Program-made: the position numbers and the translations under genes
Notes under the pieces: model-generated
The model's database searches: none
Told to the model about the DNA's origin: nothing
The model's input: only the letters and a program-made list of their open reading frames with translations
In this document: positions 1 to 7,085 of the stretch, in pieces
Layout: each line of letters starts with the position of its first letter
How positions within the stretch are numbered: the stretch's first letter is position 1
Source: a virus
Taxonomy: Duplodnaviria; Caudoviricetes
DNA: 40,678 nucleotides
Virus record (IMG/VR): IMGVR_UViG_3300029290_000002
Location: 1 to 40,678 of that record
Direction: 5' to 3' (one strand)

Positions 1-195
1 TTACGCAGCGATCCGATGGACAAGCCGCCGGCGCGCGTCCTTTGAAAAGACAGCGTGCTCGTCAACGTAGTAAGCCTTGCCGACTTTCTCGGCCGGAGGA
101 TAGATCTTGCCCTGGCGCGCCCACGCGCGGAGCGTGTCGATGTGCGGCGGCGGGTCATAGTTTCGGGCGGCCCATTTCTCAAGACTGACTTTCAT
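1..195 (-). CDS. xis: Excisionase (lambda Xis-like winged-helix)
   Basis: 64 aa, 'SLEKWAARNYDPPPHIDTLRAWARQGKIYPPAEKVGKAYYV' matches the phage excisionase pattern; GGAG SD upstream; last gene of the leftward operon. Confidence 0.9.
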   Translation of the reverse strand: MKVSLEKWAARNYDPPPHIDTLRAWARQGKIYPPAEKVGKAYYVDEHAVFSKDARRRLVHRIAA

Positions 196-378
196 TATTT
201 ACTCCACTCCCAATACAGCCGGGTGTTTCATTGATTTTTGCGGCTCCGTAAAGCTCACACCGGTGCTCCGTGCTTTGTCGCTATCCCTTCGGTCATCAGT
301 CGTTGGTTCATGATGTGCTCCGTGTGCGGCCGGGTCGTTTCGATGATTCGTGCTGCTGCGTTGGTCATTTGTTGCCGG

Positions 379-387
379 TGTTACGAT
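379..387 (+). promoter_or_regulatory. Possible extended -10 promoter for the 411..719 gene
   Basis: TG-T-TACGAT 24 nt upstream of the ATG, with GGGAGGT SD in between. Confidence 0.35.
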
Positions 388-410
388 GTTCGAAATAGCG
401 GGAGGTGTAG

Positions 411-719
411 ATGGCGTACTACGGCATTACCCACGCGCGTATTGACGACGCAACGGGGCGTGCAACCCATGTTCGCTATGCGCTGATCAACCCACAGACG
501 AACTCGTGGGGATCTCCATTTGCAGATGTAGATATCGACCAGATCATCATGCTTCTCATGAGCGGTGATCATGTCTACGCGCTCCACACCGTCGAAGGGC
601 TCAGTCCGCCCGGACCGACAGTGGGTTTCGTTGTTGGCGACAGCGGCTATGAGTGGATCGAGGTCGAGGAGCCTGAAAAGCACGAAGGGCGGTTGCTTCG
701 CGATCTGCCTGCTATGTAG
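411..719 (+). CDS. Hypothetical protein, DUF3892-like; accessory gene opposite to the early operon
   Basis: 102 aa, strong SD GGGAGGT; N-terminal 'YYGITHAR' and C-terminal 'LRDLP' resemble the DUF3892 pattern (by eye). Confidence 0.6.
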   Translation: MAYYGITHARIDDATGRATHVRYALINPQTNSWGSPFADVDIDQIIMLLMSGDHVYALHTVEGLSPPGPTVGFVVGDSGYEWIEVEEPEKHEGRLLRDLPAM

Positions 720-763
720 GTTTTTCTTCAATAACCTCGTCAGTGCCGCTTGGCCCGTTGTAG

Positions 764-1147
764 TCATTGACCTACGCGGATAGCCGCGGCGAGCAGTTGT
801 TCACGTGCATTCACTAAAGCCCGATAGGTGCGGGGGCCATGGCATCCATGCTCGATGCACCATGTCAACTCGGCCAGCGTTTCAGGCTCGCCCGTCTTCG
901 GCTCGGCCTGCTGCTGAACCATTTTGTCGACATCAACAGAATGGTCGGTAACAAACGGCTCAGCGTTCGGAGCGGGGCTTCGTGCAAGCGCGGACGCGAT
1001 CTGCAGCAGTGCCGTCCGGTACCGCCCCATCGTTTGGAACGTGGCGGCGAAGCCGTCATCTGCGATCAGTGCGCGCAGCTTTGCGAGCTCCGTTGACCCG
1101 GCCGGGGGATTGAGCGTGCCTTCCTTCGGGCTTTCCGTGGCCGACAT
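764..1147 (-). CDS. Phage early hypothetical protein (127 aa)
   Basis: Start re-placed at ATG 1147, which overlaps the upstream stop (TGATG coupling). Confidence 0.65.
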   Translation of the reverse strand: MSATESPKEGTLNPPAGSTELAKLRALIADDGFAATFQTMGRYRTALLQIASALARSPAPNAEPFVTDHSVDVDKMVQQQAEPKTGEPETLAELTWCIEHGCHGPRTYRALVNAREQLLAAAIRVGQ

Positions 1148-1428
1148 CACAACGCCCCCCGTTTCGGCCGAACAGCGCCGTTGATCTTCTGCATGCCCAT
1201 CCGGCGCCCGCCACGGCGCGCGGCCTGCATGACTTCCTGACACGAGCGGTGCGTTTTGACGGCGCCGTCGAGATCTCGTGCGCAGGGGATGCTGATGCTC
1301 TCCCACACGACAACGCCGTCGACGCGCAGTGTGTAGCTGCAATGCAGCGAGCCGGGCACGGGGCGGCGTTGCACGTCGTGTTTGCCGATGCGAAGGGTGG
1401 CGGGGGTACGGTTCACTATGCGATGCAT
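1147..1428 (-). CDS. Phage early hypothetical protein (93 aa)
   Basis: ATG 1428 preceded by GGAG SD; coupled to the downstream gene. Confidence 0.7.
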   Translation of the reverse strand: MHRIVNRTPATLRIGKHDVQRRPVPGSLHCSYTLRVDGVVVWESISIPCARDLDGAVKTHRSCQEVMQAARRGGRRMGMQKINGAVRPKRGAL

Positions 1429-1450
1429 GGTTGGTCTCCGTTGCGGCTGG

Positions 1451-1660
1451 TCAGTCGTCGATGTCGCCTGCAGCCAGTTTCTTGAGGTCGACCCACACGC
1501 GGCGGGTCGTGCGAATGCGCGGATGGGTGCGGGCGTGCGCGGATGCCTCGATGGCGGTGCGGACGGGGCCCGCGGCCAGGGCCTGCGCGTCGGTGCAGAT
1601 GAGGCGCAGCTTGTTGCGCTCGGCGAGCACGGCTGCGTCTGCAATGGGGCGCGGAGGCAT
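1451..1660 (-). CDS. Phage early hypothetical protein (69 aa)
   Basis: ATG 1 nt after the upstream stop; C-terminal 'VDLKKLAAGD' is typical of small betaproteobacterial prophage proteins. Confidence 0.7.
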   Translation of the reverse strand: MPPRPIADAAVLAERNKLRLICTDAQALAAGPVRTAIEASAHARTHPRIRTTRRVWVDLKKLAAGDIDD

Positions 1661-1661
1661 G

Positions 1662-1799
1662 TCAGCCCCCGAGCACCATTGCGGCTTCGGGCGCGATGGC
1701 GCCGGCGAGGCCGAACGCGAAGAGCACTACGGCAAGGCCGAGGGCAGGGTGGTGGCTGAAGTAGCCGGACGCGAGGCGGTGGAGGGTGGTGCGGCGCAT
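1662..1799 (-). CDS. Small membrane peptide (45 aa, not in ORF track)
   Basis: Translated by hand: MRRTTLHRLASGYFSHHPALGLAVVLFAFGLAGAIAPEAAMVLGG; SD GAGGAGG; one hydrophobic helix. Confidence 0.7.
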   Translation of the reverse strand: MRRTTLHRLASGYFSHHPALGLAVVLFAFGLAGAIAPEAAMVLGG

Positions 1800-1809
1800 C
1801 GTGTCCTCC

Positions 1810-1950
1810 TCATGCCTGGCGCTGGGCAACGCGCGTGGGCTCTGTCTCGGATGTTTCGTCGAGATGGAGGGCGTATGCGTGGAGGGCTAGGACCAAGCCA
1901 AGGGCGGCGAGGTAGGTAACGATGGTTGTGAACCGAAGGAAGTGCTGCAT
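1810..1950 (-). CDS. Small membrane peptide (46 aa, not in ORF track); first gene after PL
   Basis: Translated by hand: MQHFLRFTTIVTYLAALGLVLALHAYALHLDETSETEPTRVAQRQA; SD GGAG; N-terminal TM helix. Confidence 0.7.
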   Translation of the reverse strand: MQHFLRFTTIVTYLAALGLVLALHAYALHLDETSETEPTRVAQRQA

Positions 1951-1977
1951 ATTCGCTCCGTGTAGTTGACGGAGCAA

Positions 1978-2018
1978 AGATTACCCATGGGTATTTTTTA
2001 TAACAATACCTTTGGGCG
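1978..2018 (-). promoter_or_regulatory. PL-like promoter with operator oL
   Basis: Minus strand TTGTTA(2006-2001)-17 bp-TAATCT(1983-1978); perfect palindrome TACCCATGGGTA 1982-1993; degenerate second site 2007-2018; near-identical to the 6546-6586 cassette. Confidence 0.85.
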
Positions 2019-2144
2019 TATCTGAATGTAGAGATTTGTTACCCGCCGCGCTCTGGTGGTACGAGCGGGCGGGAGGCAAGTACTCTCGGGCAGCATTGGC
2101 GGCTGCTGAACACCGGCTACCGATGTCCGGCGGGGTTCATTTCC

Positions 2145-2657
2145 CTAGTCTTTGCTAGCCGCAAAGAAAGCTTGTTTTGAGTAGTACGGGAAGCGCTCCG
2201 GATAGCGTGTTCGGTAGCCGCTGTCGAGAGCGTCGATGAGCTCTTCTGTTGCCCAGGAGATCTCGTCCAAGATCGGGCTATCCCCGTCCTGCTTAATAAA
2301 CTCGCTACTGCCGAAATTCTTCAGGGAGATGGCCTGCCGGAGGGACACGATCGCCCTTGAGAACTCCGAGTCGTCGAAAAGACGAAGTCGAAGAATTCGC
2401 CTCTCGACCGACTCAAGCGAGACAAGGACATGACGACCGTCGACGCCCGAAAACTCTTCTGCACAGTGAAGTGAGCAAGCTGCAGCTTCGACCTCGCGGA
2501 GTTCAGCGAAGATCTCGTCGAGTTCGGAGCGGACCTCTTTTCTGCGCTCTCGTGCTTCGCCCAGAAAGTGGACAACCACCCAGCCTGCAATGACAAGAAG
2601 CCATGTGATGAACTGGGGCCACACAGGTTGCGATGCCGATCCCACGTTAGCGATCAA
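2145..2657 (-). CDS. Single-pass membrane protein with helical cytoplasmic domain; putative effector of the STAS/ATPase operon
   Basis: 170 aa; TM 'FITWLLVIAGWVVVHFLG' followed by a charged coiled segment; TTG start overlaps the upstream TGA (TTGA). Confidence 0.8.
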   Translation of the reverse strand: MIANVGSASQPVWPQFITWLLVIAGWVVVHFLGEARERRKEVRSELDEIFAELREVEAAACSLHCAEEFSGVDGRHVLVSLESVERRILRLRLFDDSEFSRAIVSLRQAISLKNFGSSEFIKQDGDSPILDEISWATEELIDALDSGYRTRYPERFPYYSKQAFFAASKD

Positions 2658-2983
2658 GCCTTAGTTTTCGGCTGCGCTTCGCGGATATAGCCTTCCACTT
2701 CGGCAATGATGCTGGGGCGCGAGGAATGAAATTCGAGCACCCGAAGAGCGTGCTCTTTACTCGTTCGCCCCTCGCGCACCAACCCTCCGAAAGCTTCCTC
2801 GAGGAACGAAGAGCCGTACGCGCGCGCGCCATCGAAATCGATAACGATGCGATCCTCTTCGTTGATGATCGGAGCCAAATGTTCTTCGCGGAACCGCTGG
2901 CCGCTGTTTGGGCCGTCTTCAAAGAAGCGCCCAGCCGGGTACCGAGAGAAATCGGTAGCGACACGGATGGTCTTCATCATCAT
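2654..2983 (-). CDS. STAS-like domain protein (DUF4325 family)
   Basis: 'DFSRYPAGRF..DGPNSGQRFRE..L...IVIDFDG...YGSSFLEEAFGGL' is the characteristic DUF4325 pattern; ATGA overlap with the upstream gene. Confidence 0.9.
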   Translation of the reverse strand: MMMKTIRVATDFSRYPAGRFFEDGPNSGQRFREEHLAPIINEEDRIVIDFDGARAYGSSFLEEAFGGLVREGRTSKEHALRVLEFHSSRPSIIAEVEGYIREAQPKTKA

Positions 2984-3990
2984 TTCGTAAGTGGAATACG
3001 CCAGTTGATAAGTGTACCGAAGATGCTATCACGGTACTCGTGAGTCGTCGTACGCGTCCCGTTCTTGACGTACGCCCCCCTGTTGCTGTGGATCACTAGG
3101 CGACTTTCGGGAGACTCCGTCACAATGTCGAGCAATTGTGTGAGGCCGCGTCCGCGCCCCGCTTGCGCGGTCCGTGTAGCGCCAAGCTTCACTGCCTCCT
3201 CAATCACATTGTGATCCCTCGTTCTCCCGAGCGTTGTTAGGTAACTCCATATGCTCGGATGGGTATATGGGAACGTTTCTGGTATTCCAACTCCCAGATC
3301 GCACAGAACGACGGAAAGGTATCCGTCCTTCGCGGTTGAGAACATCCACCAGTACTTGCTCTGTTCGTTCAACTCTAGGCCGTCGGCGCGCCTACCACTA
3401 TATGCATGATGGATGACATTGGTCATGCCTTCCGTCATGCCCACGTACAGGGCCTCGTGTAGTGGCGGCGCCAAGCCACCTTCAAAGGGCTTGCCTACCA
3501 AGCTTTCATATTTCTCACCGTCGACAGTAACGCCGGTCGCGAAGTGCCAGTGCACCACATCTTGCTGTGAAGGGACTATTCGGTTCCTGCAGCCGAGGAA
3601 ATCGAGGAGCCCGATTTGCTTGAGGACTTCGGCGACTTTCATGTTCCGCGGTAGACCGCAGTTGATCCTCACCCCTGGATAGTGCGCACGAAGGCGTCGG
3701 ATTTCCGCGTACAACAGTAGCATCCCGTCGGAGAATGCCCGGCTGGTACCAGCGAAGTCCACTACCGTATTCCGCAGCTCTTTTCCGACGTATTGCCTGA
3801 GCAATGTTATGGCGTTCAGAAGCTCGCTACGGTGCTGCGGATTGTTAAGGCGGATCTGATCAGGCAGTCGGACTCTCGACCACGGAACTGTCCGTTCGTT
3901 ACGTCGCGCTCGGTGGTGGAAGTGAGGCAGGCTTAGAAAGCGCGCCCGTTTATCTAGATAGAGCTTTCTCTTAAGGGAGAGCTTTTTCAT
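2980..3990 (-). CDS. N-terminal STAS-like domain + C-terminal GHKL (HATPase_c) ATPase/kinase
   Basis: N-box 'EGMTNVIHHAY', G1 'DLGVGIP', G2 'GRGRGL', terminal 'GTLINW'; N-terminal 'VVDFAGT..FSDG...VLKQIGLL' is STAS-like; no His-kinase H-box or receiver partner seen. Confidence 0.85.
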   Translation of the reverse strand: MKKLSLKRKLYLDKRARFLSLPHFHHRARRNERTVPWSRVRLPDQIRLNNPQHRSELLNAITLLRQYVGKELRNTVVDFAGTSRAFSDGMLLLYAEIRRLRAHYPGVRINCGLPRNMKVAEVLKQIGLLDFLGCRNRIVPSQQDVVHWHFATGVTVDGEKYESLVGKPFEGGLAPPLHEALYVGMTEGMTNVIHHAYSGRRADGLELNEQSKYWWMFSTAKDGYLSVVLCDLGVGIPETFPYTHPSIWSYLTTLGRTRDHNVIEEAVKLGATRTAQAGRGRGLTQLLDIVTESPESRLVIHSNRGAYVKNGTRTTTHEYRDSIFGTLINWRIPLTK

Positions 3991-4017
3991 GTACTTGCAA
4001 TGTGTCCTGCGTTCGCG

Positions 4018-4302
4018 TTACTCGTCCCACAGCTCACCGCAATGGTAATCCCTGTAGTAGCGCCATCCACCGACGGCGATGGCGACAATCAATAGGGCTA
4101 TCGGAATCCAAAACATCCATAACATCTGAGGCTCACAGACCAACTTCGGGCTGACGCCTTTCATGATCGAGCACGGTAGATCATTGACGAACCAAGCCAA
4201 CACTAGACTCGCTAAGGCGATCAATCCAACCTGGCCTCCCTCGGCAAGATAGCGAAACTGACGTGGGATGCGATCGCGGCGCTTGCCGTACCGTATTGCC
4301 AT
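4018..4302 (-). CDS. Small two-TM membrane protein
   Basis: 94 aa, two hydrophobic helices with a Cys pair in the loop; ends 27 bp before the ATPase start, same strand. Confidence 0.75.
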   Translation of the reverse strand: MAIRYGKRRDRIPRQFRYLAEGGQVGLIALASLVLAWFVNDLPCSIMKGVSPKLVCEPQMLWMFWIPIALLIVAIAVGGWRYYRDYHCGELWDE

Positions 4303-4508
4303 GATGGTCCACTAGAAAATGAGAGATGCGATGATGTTGTCACACTGGTTTCCATTGACATGCCCCTTTGGGAGGGGTGACGCCTGAATTTTTCTTACAT
4401 CAGTTAAAAAATCCATGTAAATCTCCGTGGCATTCGGTGGGCTGGGTGTGCTGTTGAAATTCGCCTGCCCCGCGGTCATATTCATGGCTCCACTTGAAGG
4501 GGGCGGAT

Positions 4509-4961
4509 ATGGGAACTTACGACGATCTGAAACGAGACCTGGACGCAACAGTTGACCGCGTGCGAGGTCATAGGGTGGCACTCCGAGAGGCCGCTTCCTC
4601 CGTTCGAGAGGCCGCCGTCAAGATGCTTGGGGCGCCAGACGAAGCGGTCAATATCGAGCTGCCGGAGGGGGAAGAGGAGGCGGATTTCCTCGGTCCTCGT
4701 GGTGAAGCTGCCGATGCGCGATTGTTAAAATTTGACCTGGTGGTCCAATTCGGTGATGGTAAAGGTGCGCTGATTCACGAGGCACGAGTTCCAGTCAAGC
4801 TCCGCCGCAATCGATTCGGCATTGAGATCTCGATTGCAGGCGAGGGGCCGTTCCAGTGGCAACAGGGGGCCAATTTAGGCTATTCCGTTGAAAGCGCGCT
4901 CTCCGAGTCTTTACGCAAGAGCGTCAATAAGCGCGTCGACCGGTCGGTGCTGGTGAACTAA
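4509..4961 (+). CDS. Hypothetical protein (150 aa), divergent accessory gene
   Basis: ATG 4509 after GAAGGGGG SD; possible promoter TTGAAA-17-CATATT at 4454-4482; followed by a terminator. Confidence 0.75.
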   Translation: MGTYDDLKRDLDATVDRVRGHRVALREAASSVREAAVKMLGAPDEAVNIELPEGEEEADFLGPRGEAADARLLKFDLVVQFGDGKGALIHEARVPVKLRRNRFGIEISIAGEGPFQWQQGANLGYSVESALSESLRKSVNKRVDRSVLVN

Positions 4962-4964
4962 CTG

Positions 4965-4992
4965 AAAGCCCGCTGCGCGGGCTTTTCTTTTT
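4965..4992 (+). terminator. Intrinsic terminator (possibly bidirectional)
   Basis: AAAGCCCGC-TGC-GCGGGCTTT followed by TCTTTTT, between convergent genes. Confidence 0.85.
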
Positions 4993-5068
4993 GCAGCAAT
5001 ACTTCAGCTTTCACCGCGCCCTTGCGAATCGCGATGAACGCGCCGTTAAAGGCCTCGCAATGTTTTGG

Positions 5069-5893
5069 TTACGTGCCCACAGACGCAACGCAAGCACTTC
5101 CCACGATGTGCGTCAACGAAGCCTCCACCGCGACGAGCAGCTCACCACCCTCGAGCAACATCTCTTCGGAAAGCGCACTCACGTTCGCTGCAAAATATGC
5201 CGCCTCTTGGCCGGCCGGCGGCATCCACGCCGATACCTGAGCGCGCGCGTTCCGGAATAGTTGAATGGCATTCAGCGTATCCAGTTTCGTCTGCGGCGTT
5301 GCTCGTCCTGGCTGCCGCACAAGTTCCCAAAGACAGTTCGCTACTGTCTCGATGTGGAGCTGTGTGATGCTCAGCAGGATGGCCGTAGTTTCCGGCGATG
5401 CGCGTAACTGCTTGCTGAACGCGAGACGTAGCATTTGCTCGCAGCGGTGATAGCGCGCAGTGGCATCGTTCCATTTTTCCTGCAGAGTAGCTTGCATAGC
5501 TTGGTCTAAGGCTCCTTGTTGGTGGTGGTGGGGATGCTGGGGACGGTTTCGCGTATCACCGCGCTGTGCCTCCGGACCTTGCTCTTTCGCTCGCAGCTTG
5601 ATCACAAGACGCAACTGCATCGCAGCGTCGGCAGCCTCGGTTAGCTTGTGCCTGTAGACGCCCCCGACGACGAAGGCTGGCTTGTGGGCCGGCGATGTAG
5701 GTTTCAGGATCAGTGCGATGCCGTCGTACGCATCGCTCTGGATGTGCTCCAGCAGCAGGGACACTGCGCGATCGAGGTCGCGTCGGTACGCGGTAGCAAG
5801 ATGCGTGTCTTGTTGTGGCCCGCTTTCCCTACACGGAGGTCTTCCAGGCGGTGTGCGCGTGCCTGGCTGCGGAAACTGAATGAGGGTGCCCAT
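5069..5893 (-). CDS. Hypothetical protein downstream of the repressor (274 aa; possibly two fused ORFs)
   Basis: Long ORF with two helical regions joined by a low-complexity linker 'RNRPQHPHHHQQG'. Confidence 0.6.
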   Translation of the reverse strand: MGTLIQFPQPGTRTPPGRPPCRESGPQQDTHLATAYRRDLDRAVSLLLEHIQSDAYDGIALILKPTSPAHKPAFVVGGVYRHKLTEAADAAMQLRLVIKLRAKEQGPEAQRGDTRNRPQHPHHHQQGALDQAMQATLQEKWNDATARYHRCEQMLRLAFSKQLRASPETTAILLSITQLHIETVANCLWELVRQPGRATPQTKLDTLNAIQLFRNARAQVSAWMPPAGQEAAYFAANVSALSEEMLLEGGELLVAVEASLTHIVGSACVASVGT

Positions 5894-5990
5894 TGGTGAT
5901 TCGACTGACTGCCCGCGCGGGCAGCAATGTTGTTAGTGGGCGACCAACAATAGAATAAGAATTCTCCTATTCGCTTCCTGCTCAACAGGA

Positions 5991-6019
5991 AACAAAAAAT
6001 CCCGCCGAAGCGGGATTCT
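5991..6019 (-). terminator. Intrinsic terminator after cI
   Basis: Minus strand AATCCCGC-TTCG-GCGGGATT + TTTTGTT directly after the repressor stop. Confidence 0.9.
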
Positions 6020-6508
6020 TTAACTGGCGCGTTTGCGCTGCGCCTTTGCCTTGGGAAGAGGGGGGTAGCCGTAGTCGGATGGCTCGGCAACTTCTGCCGG
6101 TGCTTCCTCGAAGCGTTTTGCCTTCGGTCCATCGGATCTGACAAGCCGCGCGCCACCTTTGAGCTGCTTCTTCGCAGCAAGCACTGCTTCAAGGGTCGCA
6201 ATCGCGGCTTCGATTTCTCGCTCGGACAAATCATTCAGTGCACTGATTGCCAGCGCGCCAAGGTCCGGCGCTGGCGGCGCCTCGTCTTCTGCATCAAGGG
6301 AGAAAGGCGGCAAGTGGAGCGCTTGCTCGATCTCGCGCGCGACGTCTTCGCCGATGCGCTTGCCGCCGGCTTTGCCTTCTTCGTACAGCATGCGGCCGAC
6401 GTATGACGGCGCTTTGCCGATTGCTTGGGCGAGTTTGACGATCGAGCCCTCGAAGCGAGTGACGCGAATTTGGTCCAGCCGCTGCCGACGTCGTTCGTAC
6501 TTATCCAT
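6020..6508 (-). CDS. cI: CI-like phage repressor (HTH, no S24 peptidase domain)
   Basis: 'RRRQRL...KLAQAIGKAPSYVGRML...KRIGEDVAREIEQALHLPPFSLD' is a typical prophage repressor N-domain; divergent from a cro-like gene. Confidence 0.85.
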   Translation of the reverse strand: MDKYERRRQRLDQIRVTRFEGSIVKLAQAIGKAPSYVGRMLYEEGKAGGKRIGEDVAREIEQALHLPPFSLDAEDEAPPAPDLGALAISALNDLSEREIEAAIATLEAVLAAKKQLKGGARLVRSDGPKAKRFEEAPAEVAEPSDYGYPPLPKAKAQRKRAS

Positions 6509-6545
6509 TCTTTACAAATTCCGGCCCTGTTTTTCGCGGATACGG

Positions 6546-6586
6546 CCCGCCAAGGTATTGAGATAAAAAATACCCGTGGGTACCAT
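6546..6586 (+). promoter_or_regulatory. PR-like promoter with operator oR
   Basis: TTGAGA(6558-6563)-17 bp-TACCAT(6581-6586); near-palindrome TACCCGTGGGTA 6571-6582; degenerate second site 6546-6557. Confidence 0.85.
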
Positions 6587-6592
6587 CGTCGC

Positions 6593-7039
6593 ATGGAAAA
6601 CCTGCGGGCTTACTTAAACGCAATGGCCCCGGATGAGCAGGCGGAATTCGCGCGCTTATGTGGCACGACTATCCGCTATCTGCGCAAGGCAATCAGCCTT
6701 CGCATCCGGTTGGGGCCACTGTTCTGCGTCGGCATCGAGAGGGAGACGTGTGCGCTCGTTACGCGCAAACACCTTCGTCCCGACGACTGGCATCTGATCT
6801 GGCCCGAGCTTGTCTCTGTCCGCGCGCCGTCCACACGGCTACACCCACGGCCAATGCGGCCCAAGCCTCGAATGATACCGGCTGTGGCATCTGCGGCCCG
6901 TCTTCGGCGCATTCGTCGCGTGAGCCGGGCGAGCAGTGCTTGTTCGCCAACGAGGGCATTCAGCCGTCAGCTTTTACGCGCTGGACATTGCCATTCCAAC
7001 GATGAGGCAAGTGTACGCGCCCACCAAAACCGCCGGTAG
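6593..7039 (+). CDS. cro: Cro-like (YdaS-type) regulator with long basic tail
   Basis: Start re-placed at ATG 6593; 'FARLCGTTIRYLRK...IERET...VTRKHLRPDDWHLIWPEL' is a YdaS/Cro motif. Confidence 0.85.
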   Translation: MENLRAYLNAMAPDEQAEFARLCGTTIRYLRKAISLRIRLGPLFCVGIERETCALVTRKHLRPDDWHLIWPELVSVRAPSTRLHPRPMRPKPRMIPAVASAARLRRIRRVSRASSACSPTRAFSRQLLRAGHCHSNDEASVRAHQNRR

Positions 7040-7085
7040 TGCGACCCGCACAGGCCGCCTATGACAGCTCTTTAGGAGAGACAAC

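Noticed and set aside
255-368. 37-aa minus-strand ORF MTNAAARIIETTRPH... upstream of xis
   Set aside because: No clear SD or motif; may be a remnant of a disrupted gene
6812-7039. Long Arg/Pro/Ser-rich C-terminal tail of Cro as a second domain
   Set aside because: Low-complexity sequence after the usual 'IWPEL' end; more likely stop-codon drift
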